Positions 47,933 to 59,846 of a DNA stretch of 64,000 nt are shown here, piece by piece. The notes under the pieces are model-generated. The model was not told the origin of the DNA. It did no database searches and saw nothing but the letters and a program-made list of their open reading frames with translations. The stretch comes from Selaginella moellendorffii (taxonomy: Eukaryota; Plantae; Lycopodiophyta). The stretch is from NCBI RefSeq assembly GCF_000143415.4, contig NW_003314269.1:582401-646400 (forward strand), written 5' to 3'. A program made the translations under genes and the position numbers. Each line of letters opens with the position of its first letter. The stretch's first letter is position 1.

Positions 47933-50307
47933 ATGGCTGCTTCTTCCAACACGCCTTCCAGCGCTGGAGGAGGGGGAGGAGGAGGAGGAGGACGTACGCA
48001 CTTCAAGACACCCGAGGGACGCTACAAATTGTCGAGAGAAAAGAGCCATCCTTCCGGCCTCCTCCACTACAGTCATGGGAAAACTGTCACTCAGGTATGA
48101 GTTTCTTCGTCTTCTCTTGGTTTTCCTTTGTGCTGGCTATTGATGGTGGTTCTCTTTTCTTTCGTTTCCTTTCCAGCTTACTTTGGCTCATCTCAAGGAT
48201 AAGCCGGCACAGTCGAATTCATCGACGAGTAACAGCTCGGGAAGTGGTGGTGGTGGGATGAGGTTTCCAGCTGCGGTTAGGCTCCTAGGTGCAGGGAATG
48301 GCAGTAGAGCTCTCGGTTTTGTAGGTGGCAACGGGTTTGCGAGCAAGTTTAGTGGAGGCGGGAAAACTGCAGCTACAGGAGCCGCGAGTGTGTCCGTGAG
48401 CAATGGACCGATTGTTTCCAATTTTGATGGAGAAGGCACATACGTTATATTCAACGTTGGTGATGCGATATTTATCAGCGCGTATGATACGCAGGACAAG
48501 GCAAGTCGGTCTCTCGGTTTCCATTTTGTTTCTAACTTGTGCTACAAATGTTTCTTCTTTTTTTTGCTCAGGACCCAATCAAGAGTATCCATTTCAACAG
48601 TTCCAATCCTCTTTGCCATGCTTTTGACTCTGAAGCCAAGGATGGGCACGATCTGCTAATTGGCCTTAGCTCCGGAGATGGTACTCACTTTTTCTTTTCT
48701 CTATTCATACATAAAAACATTGCTTTCCAGTGTATTCCACGTCGCTAAGGCAACAATTGCAGGATCCAGGGAAGAAGTTGGTAGGTGCTATGCATTATAA
48801 TAAGGATGGCGTTTTAAATAATAGGTGGGATACATGAAATCTTTCTAACGTAGCGGCCTAAAAGTTTGTGCTTTTGCTTGGTGTTTGCAGCCGATGCACG
48901 GCGGTTGCTTGGATTCCGCACAGTGAAGGATTGTTTGTAGTGGCCCATGCTGATGGCAATCTATATGTCTACGACAAGGTCAGCTACTTGCTATTCTTCT
49001 CTTGTTTCCTGACTCGAGTTTGCAGACGAAAGATGGTAGTGGCGATGTGTCGTTCTCCCCTGTCAAAGATCCAGCGCAGTTTTCTGTCTCTCATGCGAGA
49101 TCAAGTAAGGTAAAGAGCTAAAGTTTTCATTCGCTTTCACGGATTCTTTGTTCTGACCCGCCAAGTTTCGCAGAGCAACCCCATTGCGAGATGGCATGTA
49201 TGTCAGGGAGCTATCAACAGCCTTGCTTTCTCTTGTGATGGAACGTTTTTAGCTACTGTCGGAAGGGATGGTATGGCGGTAAAGAATTTGTGTCTCGTTT
49301 ATAGCTAATGGGTGCGCGTCTATGCAGGCTACTTGAGAATATTTGATTACGCCAAGGAGCAAGTAGCCTGCGGTGGGAAGAGCTACTTTGGTGCGCTGCT
49401 ATGCTGTGCCTGGAGGTAAACAGTGCTTGTGTATTTGGAATACTTTTCTTATATCTTCTCTCTTCTTTCTTCTCTCTTAGCTCGGATGGGAAGTACGTGT
49501 TGGCTGGTGGAGAGGATGATTTAGTCCAAGTCTGGAGCATGGAAGACCGGGCGGTTGTTGCCTGGGGAGAGGGTCACAATTCTTGGGTGCGTTTCGACAT
49601 TTTATTTTTTATTTTCATTTGACACTCTCTTTTACTACACACAGGTAAGTCAAGTCGCGTTTGACCCATACTGGACGCCGCCGGCGGACGACGGTGGCAC
49701 GACAACATATCGCTTCGGTTCCGTTGGCCAGGTAAGTGATAAAACAAGCTTCGATTCTAGCAAAATGGATACAGAACTAAGACCTCGTTGTCAACTTCCC
49801 AAGGACACGCAATTACTGCTGTGGGACCTGGCAATGGACGAGGTGGTGATGCCATTCCGGAAGCTAGCAGCCCCCGGCTCATCACCGGGGGGCCTGGCCG
49901 GTTCACAGACGTCGGCCGCGCAGTACCACGATCCAACCGGTCTCCAGCCGGCCCCGCTGAGAAAGGAGGTACCAAAGCTCGCTCCCATCATGGCGCACAA
50001 GCTCCATCCGGAGCCACTGTCGGGGCTGGTGTTCACGCAAGAGTCGGTGCTCACGGCTTGCCACGAGGGGCACATCACGATCTGGGACAGGCCGGAGCAG
50101 CACGAGCAGGATGTGTCCCCCTGTAGCAACTCGGCCGACAGTGGTGCCGCTGCTACCATTGGGAGCCTTAAGGAGAGGCAACAGATCCTGTCGGCATCGT
50201 CTCCGTCGTCACAGCAGTCCCTGCTACAACAACACCATCACCACCATCATCACCACCACCATCAACAACTGTCGAATAAGAACACGGCTTCGGTGTATAA
50301 ACAATGA
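47933..50307 (+). CDS. WDR20/DMWD (CreC-like) WD40 protein
   Basis: HFKTPEGRYKL, NPIARWH, KSYFGALLCCAWS.DGKYVL.GGEDDLV, GEGHNSWVS.VAFD, YRFGSVGQDTQLLLWDL. Confidence 0.92.
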
Positions 50308-50523
50308 TACCTTCTCTTTTTTTTTTCTTCCTCCACTCTCTTCTTGTCTGGAAAATAATCCTCTTTGGCATTTGTAAAGAAAAAGGGAAAAGCTCTTATT
50401 GTTGTCGTCGTCAAAAAAATTTCTGTACAAAGAGGTTTGTACACAGTCTCTCCTGCAACCAAAAACTTTGAGACATTGGCTTAGTTGTTGTCAAGATAAT
50501 AAAGAGAAGCTTACTCTACGCTC

Positions 50524-52721
50524 TCAAGGAGATGAGCCGTGAAACATGACGAGCTCCTCGGCATCGTCTGGCGAGGAGTTTAGATCGTTCCCGTGCTTCC
50601 ACAAGTGGATCGGAGAAGGATTGCTCTCCCCTTGCGAATCCAGCTTGGCCGTAAGCATTCCGTGAATCAGCCGCAGTAGTTGGAACCGTTTTGCCGACGC
50701 CTCGGCAGGATCAAACCAGTTCGCTGTGATCTGTGCAGTGCATTGCGTGTCGATAACCGAAAGGACAAGAATCAAGGACGCTTACCAGCGACAAACTGCT
50801 CTTAGACGTGAAGCATCTCTCGAGGAACAACTCGACGTAGTGCAAAAGAAACAGACCGCAGTCGTGCAGGTTGTCTTGCTGGGGTACCTGAAATCGCAAT
50901 GCTATTACAGTGAAGCCTATGATACTCAAAACAAGGTTACCTCCACTCTAACGAACTTGATTTGATCAAAATGATACTTACGATCCTCTTTCTTACTTGT
51001 TTTTCTCCTGTTCCATTCCTGCCAGAGGTAGCTGAAACGATGTTAGGCCCGTGAACCCATATATCCGATGGAAAATACCAACTTCCTGACAAAGGGTTCG
51101 ATGTCTGAATGAAAACCCGTGAGGGAGTCAAAATGAAGAATCCTCGTAGAGACGGTGTGTAAGTCGCTATCTGCACAGTCAAAGAATAAGATATGGCGAG
51201 CCGAGAAACAGGCGTGAAAAAGTGTTACCTGTTGGAAGCATGTCACTTAGGTAGCAAATAACGAGTAAGCTCCAGTGCAAGCTGTGCAAGTTAGTCCGAT
51301 GTCTTAGAGAAAGGATAAAAAAATTCAGCGTACGATTACCTTCTACTCACGGGAATAAAGATGTAATCCTTCTGGAAAATGTCTTCCTTCTTTGTCCACT
51401 TTTCAAGGCGTGCAAACGCAGCCCGAGCCTCGTCAGCAGGGAGCGCACTCAAATCTACGAGCTTCGGAAAGAAAAAGCTGTTGAAAAAGTAAGTCTTCGC
51501 CTTCTCATCGTCGGACATCGTCATTTGCAAATGCCTGTCCATCAAGTCTCAGTAAGAAGAAAGTTGAGAAGAGAAGCCACTTACTTGATGTAAAAGTCTA
51601 TGATGGTATCATTCAGAAACGCCGAAGGTCGAAGCAAGTCAATGTCATTGCTTGTTATCGTCACTGGATCAGGATCATCTTGTGGATACACAAGAGAATG
51701 CAACCTACAGAAGACTAGAATGTTAGAGAAAAGAAATCGTCACCAAGTTTAACATTCAGGCAGGCATTTTAGAAATGCACCTGGCCAAGAAAAAGCCACG
51801 ACCTGCTCATACTTAGTGCCTCTTGCAGAAGAATCCGTGGTTGCTCCTTCACTCTTTGCTTCTCCTCTTTCAGTTCCCTTCGGAAAGTAAAGAAAGAAGA
51901 AGTGAACCACGGTTTAAATCGAAAGACACTCACTCTATTGCTCTCTCCTCCTTTAGATCCTCTTCCAGTCCCCTTGAAAAACAAAGAGAAGCTATTAGCA
52001 AACAAGAACCCACTCCTTCAATCTTAACTTCTCCTCTTCTAGTTCCCTGAGAAGCTATCAATCAGCAAATCACACGAACTAAAAGTAAGAAACTTACTCC
52101 TTTGCGCTTTCCCTCCTCCCCTCTTCCAATTTCCTAGAAAACAAACAGGAGCTATTAGCAGAGAAGAGGGAGGATTTGAAAGGTCTAGAGGGAGACAAAA
52201 AACCACACACACGAAATGCAAGAACTCACTCTTTTTCTCTTTTATCCTCGTCCAATTCCCTGAAGAAACAAAGAGAAGCTATTAGCCACTCTCACACAAA
52301 CATTGAGTAAGAAACTCACCTCACCGATGGAGCACCGTCCTCTTCCAGATCGTCCAACTGCACTACATTCTTGTAGGAAAGGACTGGAAGAACTCCTTTG
52401 TCCGTCCGCTCCACAACATTCGCAGCTTTCTTCGATCGCGTCCTCGATCCAACGCTGGAACCGGCAGGAGGCGCACGGTTCTTGCGAGCGCTCGCCGGTG
52501 AAGGATTCCAATCACCGTCAGCCTTCTTCTTCCTCTTGCGCTCGCCTCCACTAACTGCTGCACAGCTAGAACGATGGCGCTCGCCTTAGAGAGACAAGCG
52601 ACGCGAAATACCCGATAAGAAAGAAAGAAGAACACATACAAGTCTCGCGGATCATCCGCATTAGCCGCGGCCGAGGCTCCTCCGCCTCCTCCTTGAATTC
52701 GTAGACGGAGAGATCCGCCAT
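50524..52721 (-). CDS. ULP2/SPF-like SUMO protease (peptidase C48)
   Basis: VYPQDDPDPV, FLNDTIIDFYIK, FFNSFFF, LHWSL (His), HFDSL (Asp), PQQDNLHDCG (Gln, Cys), NWFDPAEAS. Confidence 0.9.
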
Positions 52722-52822
52722 CGCTAGAACCCTAGAGGAGCTCTCTCCCGCGTTCTCAAAATGGGGTTTAGGGCTCTTTATTTTATTTTCACTATGCCCG
52801 TGTTTCTCTTTTCTCCCTCGCC

Positions 52823-54228
52823 ATGGAAGGATCGATCGATTGCCCGGTGCTGCGAGTGGCGCAGGATGGATCGGGTCAGTACTGTACAGTCCAGGATGCG
52901 ATCGATGCGGTGCCGCTGTGCAACAGGCAGCGCATTGTCATCCAAGTCGCGCCTGGATTCTATCGCCAGCCGATCTATGTGCCGAAATCCAAGAATCTCA
53001 TCACTCTGCTCGGTAGCTGCGCTGAATCCACGATTCTCAGCTGGGGGAATTGCGCTACTTCCATCGATCACCACAAGGCAAGGCTACATCTTCGGTTTTC
53101 TCTTTAGTGTCCATAGAATTATGTTATGGAAGATCGTGGCCTCATTGTTTAGTCCCTTTGCAGGCATCTCGAGTGATTGGGACTGGAACCTTTGGCTGTG
53201 GCACTGTGATCGTGGAGGGCGAGGATTTCATAGCACAAGGCATCACGTTTGAGAATTCTTCACCCAAGGTATCTTTCGCCAGCGAACTTTTTCCTTTTTT
53301 TCTACAGTAGTCTTTCTACAGGGCTCTGGCCAAGCAGTGGCAATCCGTGTCACCGCCGACAGATGTGCGTTTTACAGTTGCCGCTTTCTTGGATGGCAGG
53401 TGAAAAAAGGATTAGAATTCCGACTCTATTCCTTCATCTGTGATTTTTTCTTTTTTTTTTTCTTTCATCGTGTTTTTTTCTTTGTTTTGAAGATCTGTGC
53501 TGTTTGTAAAGGAAATGCTTGTTCTCGTCGTTTTTTTTGCGCTAATCAAACTATCCACAGGACACGGCCTATCTTCACTATGGACGGCAGTACTTCCGGG
53601 ACTGCTACATTGAAGGGAGCTGCGACTTTATCTTTGGAAACGCGACCGCGCTGCTAGAGCACTGCCACATCCACTGCAAATCCAGCGGCTACATCACCGC
53701 ACAGCAGCGAAAGAGCGCGACCGAGACCACCGGCTACGTCTTCCTGAGGTGATCGATAACTTTTTCTTTCATTCCAGAATCGCGAGCTTTGTTTGTCCAG
53801 GTGTGTGATCACCGGAGCCGGGAGCAAATCGCCATACATGTACCTGGGCCGCCCCTGGGCTCCATACGCGAGAGTCGTGTTCGCGTACACCTGGATGGAC
53901 GCTTGCATCATGCCAGTCGGCTGGAACAACTGGAACAATCCGGACAACGAGAAGACTGCCGCCTTCTACGAATACAGGCAAGCCGATGCTTTCGATCTCA
54001 GAACTTCTCTTCTGACGATCAAAAACTACTCCAAAATGTGTGAATCTCAGGTGTTCCGGCCCCGGGAGTACGCTGCTCAACCGCGTGGTATGGGCCGGGC
54101 ATGTCAAAGATGGAGACGTGGAGCAGCTACTCACTCCAAAGTTTATCGATGCCCAGGAGAACTGGCTCCGCTGGGACAAGGCCAAGGGCCCATTCATTCC
54201 AATACCTCTATCAGCCAAGATTGGTTAG
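52823..54228 (+). CDS. PME31: Pectin methylesterase without signal peptide or PRO domain (PME31-like)
   Basis: VAQDGSG.Y.TVQDAI, QAVAIRV, QDTAYLH, DFIFG, YLGRPW; two GC-AG introns. Confidence 0.9.
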
Positions 54229-54815
54229 AAAAAGAAAACATCAACCTTGTTGTAATTATATACAAAAGTTCTACTATAATACCTTTGAATGTTACTTTTT
54301 GTGGTGACCTTTTTTGGTAAGTTTTTTTTTATCTCTATAAATAAGCCTTGCGAAGAACCCTAAATAGAAGTAGGATGGCTGCTAATCATCATGTTTTGGG
54401 TGCTGGCACCACGTCCCCGTTGCTAAGCAATCCCGCCCTACCTAAGGCTGTGAATGTTTCTCAGCATCCTGTGAAGCAGAGCGTTTCTTTGTCACAAAAA
54501 AGCCTCGAGACGGTGTCACAGGCTTGCCCACCAAAACTTCCAGACACGAGTTGGCAGGTTTTCTTTTACCAGGATTGGATTAATGTTCATGGTGTCAAAC
54601 ACAAGGAACATAAGTAAATGTTTGTAATCGTTCCCTTTTTAGGGTTCTTCGGAAAGATCCCAAAGTAGAATAATATATCTAAGGAGCTGAAGCAGTTTCT
54701 TATGCTATAGGCTCTATGGACCTCTAGCAAGAGCACTAGATAAGGGATTCAAAAATCTTTCAGATACTCTATATGTTAAAATTAAATTTATTAGTTAAGT
54801 ATCCCAGCTTCCGAA

Positions 54816-56504
54816 CTACTCAAAACTGATTGCGATGCCGACTGAGACCTCCGCTTCACCCCTGTACCAATCTATTAATTTCCCCTTCAATCAAAAACCA
54901 GAATAGTACCTCTTGCTAATCGGCCATAAGTCGTTGAAATGGAAGACATACAATATGCAATATCTTCGTCAATGGCAGCTTCCCGCTTAGCACGGTTGTG
55001 TTCAATGTCCGCTGATGTGAGGGTAAGTGCTCGATCTCCAAGAAATGTGCGGATCAAAGAATTGAAGAACAATAAACCACCTTCGTTGATCAATTCGTCT
55101 GGACTGGTGGGAAGGCTCATTTCCTGAAGAACATATATCCTTAAACAACTATGAAGTAAGAAAATGATTGAAAGAAAAGCTACCTTTGCACAAAAGTCTA
55201 AACTGCCCAGCACATATTCATCGTCGGGAAATTGTTCGGAAAGAATCTCTGTGAAGTCTTTCAACTTGGACTCCAAATCTTCCAAAGATGCTTTGTCTTT
55301 GTCTAAAATAGATTTGTCAGAAATAAATCTTCAGATTTCATTGCCTAACCTTGAATTCCCGTTTGATGAACAATATCCACCACTGTTCCATCTTTCACAG
55401 TGACAATACCTCTGGGTCGTAGTACACCATAACGCCAGCCTAAGAAACATACAAAACTTAGTTTGCCTAACCAGAAAGCTCCTCCATTACCTGCTTTACA
55501 CCAATGGTGTATGTAAATAGGTTCATATCTCCCCTTTTTCATATTCAGTTTGGCTGCTCGGATAGCATAACAGGCGCCTTGATCAAGTTTTGTCATAGCA
55601 TCTTTCCAGTCACACTCGATAACGATTACAGTAACCAAATTGTTTGCTGGATCGAGTTGCATATCATGAACTTTCCCCTGCAAAAAAGAAAAGAAATCAC
55701 CACATACTTAAAAGATGTCATATCTTTCTTGCCTTAAGATCGTATCTGTCGAGGTCAACAAGCACATCTGGATCAACCAAACGACCAATGCCTTCATCCC
55801 CTTCGTCGTCGCTTTCTTGATCAACATATTGCACTACAGAAGGTCTGTCAAGACCAAACACAAAAACTAAAAATTTAAAAAACTTACAATCTTTCAATTG
55901 AAGTTGCTCCTTTCCTCCAGCAACAACCTGGGAATCTGCCAGCCTTTCATTCCCTCCTTCTGAAGAAGGCCTCGTCAACAACTTCATGTTCTGAAGAATA
56001 CTAGCGTGCACAATTCTTGCTCCAAGTTCCGTCTTAGCTTTGAACTGTCTGCAAGTCGTTGCAACGGGCTTTAGAAGAATCTGAATCGCTGCCGTTAGTG
56101 CTGCCTCGTCCATGAGCTTTCCATCAGAAACATTGTCTGGTGGCATGTAACGCGGCTCCGAAGCTGATTTGATGTCCACAAACGGATTGTTTACTTCCAG
56201 TAAACGCCTATCGTAGCTGCTTTTCTGCAAAATGACGAACTCCATCCCATAAACATTTTAGCATGGAAAACGGAACACTCACCTCTGCCAGAAAAGGGTT
56301 GTCGACATACTTGGCCCGTTTTTTTGGTAGATCGTCCCAGACATTCTGATCTCCCGCCTTTCGCTTGCACACATTCGAGAGCTCTGCTTTCGTTTGACGC
56401 AGACGCTCGTCATATCCGTTCCGCTTGTCCCTTAGTTTTTCCACCTTGCGAGATAACTTTTCGACCTTTCGCTGCACTACTTCCTTTGATTTAACTTTCC
56501 TCAT
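54816..56504 (-). CDS. Orphan multi-exon protein: basic coiled-coil N-terminus and a PD-(D/E)XK-like segment
   Basis: The splice junctions I checked keep the frame (e.g. intron 56225-56282, GC donor at 55732); GKVHDMQLD...VIVIECDWK...DQGACYA. Confidence 0.6.
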
Positions 56505-56939
56505 AGTTAACCCTAACCTGTAATCTCAAGAATAGGACTACTAAATTTATATTTAGGTATATCCTGAGCATCTTTAAAAAACCTATGATTGTGAAACCAG
56601 CATGCAGATGGACCTTCATGGAGTTTGCTCCAACGTGGTTATCTCTGGGTTGATCACCCATGCCTGCGTCTAGTTAAGAGCAATGGAAATCGACCAATGG
56701 CAGTTCTCGGTATTTTGCTGGAGAGATTTGGTGAAGGGAAGATTGAGTATCTACGAGAATGTCGTGCTTGCAAATCTGCTGTATGAGATGTGTGGAAATG
56801 TGGCAGCGTGGAAGATGCGCACCTTGTGTTCAGAGCATCAAGCGCCATGATTCTTTCGCTTGCAATTTCAAGCTGCGGGACTTTGCCTAGAACGGGCATC
56901 TGCAGCAGGCTCTGATCTGTTTCATAGCAGTGCAGTGCA

Positions 56940-57545
56940 GGGAAGAATGTCACCTCGTGAAATGCTATGGTTTCTGAATTTTTCTACAAGGATTATCTCG
57001 CAGAAGCTGATAAGAACTTCGGAAGAATGCCCACCAGGAATGTGGTGTCTTGGAATACCATGTTAGCAGCGTATACCCAAGCCGGGCATATGCTGGAATC
57101 GAAGAGCCTGTTTGATGTGGTGAACGAGAGGGATGCCGTTTCGTCGAATTCTTTTTTGGGTGCAGTCACCGAAGATCCTGATGCCCAGAGTCTGGCGAAT
57201 CAGGTGTTCGGGAGGAAGGATTGCATTTCGTGGAATGCAGTGCTGAAATCTTGCTATGTTCAGAAGGATTGCGCTACAGAAGAAGCGTGGATCATCTTTG
57301 AGCAAATGCCGCAGCGGAATTTGGTGTCTTGGACGAGCCTTGCTTGATGCTACGTGCAGACCGGACAGCTCAAGAAGTCACAATGAGTGTTCAATAGAAT
57401 GCAGCAAAGGGATTGCCTCTCATTGAACACCGTCTTCCCACTCTGGTGCTTTGGGAAGACCAGGAGCATGTTTGAGACCCTGCTTAGAGAAAGACTGCAT
57501 CACCCACACCACCATGCTCCAGGCATACACCCACAGCAGCAATCT
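56940..57545 (+). pseudogene. PLS-class PPR pseudogene fragment
   Basis: FGRMPTRNVVSWNTMLAAYTQAG and FEQMPQRNLVSWTSL, followed by in-frame stops. Confidence 0.85.
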
Positions 57546-58429
57546 GCCTCTTCATGATTTGAAATCTGGAAACAAATTGTGTTGCATAATAGAGATGGTA
57601 TTGGCAGTAATGATGCCTATGTGGCAGTAGTCTTATGTATATGTACTCATTTATATATAGTTATATATTTTTTTTTCCACTTTCATAAAGCCCTCTTGAT
57701 CCTAGGCATGGCATTTGCTGCCTAAGAGGCTAGTGACAAAGAGGAGGATGAGTTTCTTAATTGCAATCCTTCTTGCAATGTTTAAGATGCTTGAGGCACT
57801 AGATCGAAGCAGTAGAATGTGCAAAAGCACTGAGTAATAAGCAGTAGCAAGCTAAGAATAATAGTAGTGAGAGATTTTAACAATCCAGGTGAAGAATTAA
57901 GTTTTGCATAACAACTCTTTACATGAATTTTTAACAATTGGGAAGAATGCTTAAGTGTGAGATAGCCAAAGATTGGGGAGTGTGGTGGCTTCAAGGCCAA
58001 AACCACATGCTAGAGGTAAGATTGTAGTAATGAGCAAGAGTGTGTGCAAGCAAAGTTAAGGCCAAAAACAAAGTTTTGGGTAGTTAATTGACAAATTTTC
58101 ATATACTTTTTTCATCAGCTCCACATGTTCTATTATTTCATCCTTGCTGTGCACAATTTAAGCTTAGATCCAAGTGTGGATCAAGTGCTTAATTGTGAGT
58201 GGGGTTAGATAGTAGAGATGATGGTGGCAATAGTTATGTATTCATTCATATATAGTTATATAGTTCTTTCTTCCTTATGTGCATGAGTGTCTTTCCGCTT
58301 TCACATTGCTCTTGGCATACATATAGAAACAGATTAAATATGGCAGAATTAATTGGGTCTTCAATGGATTAGGGGAGCACAACATTTTGTCCTCAAATTT
58401 CCTATTCAAAGCAATGAGTGAGAGGAAGT

Positions 58430-58605
58430 ACTTCATTGAAGCCAAGAGCATGCTTGATATGATGCCATACTAGGATCTGGCCTCTTGGACCATCATGATC
58501 ACCATATTCCCTCTTATTAGGCATCTGCAGGAGGTATAGATCTTGTTCCAAGAGATTCTTGAGAAGAATCTACTACCTTCGACAAGCATCATTGTCACTT
58601 AGGCA
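58430..58605 (+). pseudogene. Second, more decayed PLS-PPR relic
   Basis: EAKSMLDMMPY*DLASWTIMI...LFQEILEKNL. Confidence 0.55.
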
Positions 58606-58739
58606 CTTGTAACAAGTTAAATTTTTGTTTAAATGAGTGTCAGTTGTAGGTTTAAATCATGCTTCATTAACCTAGTTTTCCATAGTTTATATTAGGATCA
58701 TCCCACATACAAAACATAACTTATCAACTTTATCCCAAT

Positions 58740-59000
58740 AACCTTCAGTTTTGGCAATTCTCTTACATTGAAAAGCCATGCATTCAAGGATTCAATGATA
58801 TTGGGTGTTAGATATTCAAATCTTTCACCCTCAATGTGCTTTTTATAGTGTTTTTCATTTGCAATTGATGAAATTCAAGTGCTTTCACTTTCTTTTCACA
58901 CAGCATAATAGATAATGGTCACCAATATCTTCCATGAGCTTGCCAACATCAATCAACCATATAAAGTAATCAAAGAAACTTCTTGAACAAGTCTTTAAAA
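58740..59000 (-). mobile_element. Mutator/MULE transposase relic within an AT-rich, CpG-depleted block (~57600-59700)
   Basis: The minus strand translates GERFEYLTPNIIESLNAWLFNVRELPK, resembling the MuDR TxN.aES.N......R.lP motif. Confidence 0.6.
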
Positions 59001-59846
59001 TACATACTAATGAAATGTTCATTCATCTAAAGAATTTTTGGTTAGTAGAAGATATTTTTTTATCACATGTTAGTACTGGTTTATACTATCATGAGTATGT
59101 GCATCACTATGACCCATGTTACTTACTTGAGGTATATTATGGCTTATATATTAATTATATGTTTGATGGATTGTGAGGGTTTGGATATAAATTATATGCT
59201 ACCACCAAAAACTTGTTGACTTTTAAATCTGTTGAAGAAGAAGTGCATCTGATGGGATGTGTCCTAGCCTTAGTGGTGCACAATAGAGATATTACATGAA
59301 AGAAGTGGGCTTCTTATTATGGATGATGCTATGAAATTAGTCATAACTCATGGACAATAGAAAGTATATTTGAGCCAGTTTTTAAGTTAATTAGCAATGT
59401 TATGTAAAATTAAAAGTGGATTTTGTGGAATTTGGAGTGATTATGGATTGTTCCTTATAAGATTGATTTGAGTTTATAAAACCTAGATAATATTTGAGAG
59501 TTATTAATATAAAATATAATTTTACTTTTACTTTTTAGATAATACAATAAGGATGGTATAACTTTAAAATATTTTGTGTAACTTAATTTTAATTTGAGGA
59601 ATATTTTAACCACTTTGCACTTTCTGATTTTCATTTAATAAAAGTGGAGTAATTAGGAATTTTAAAGTTAGACTCAAATTTCTCACAAAGTTGACAGATT
59701 TTATTTTACGAGGAGATACAAGCTCGACGTCAAAAGCAACATTATTATAAGAACACGCCACAGAATATGCCCCGTAGCTAAAGGAGCGACTCTCCTTGAA
59801 GCGAGAAATTTCTTGCGCTATAAAAAGCATGGCGCTGTGATGAGCT

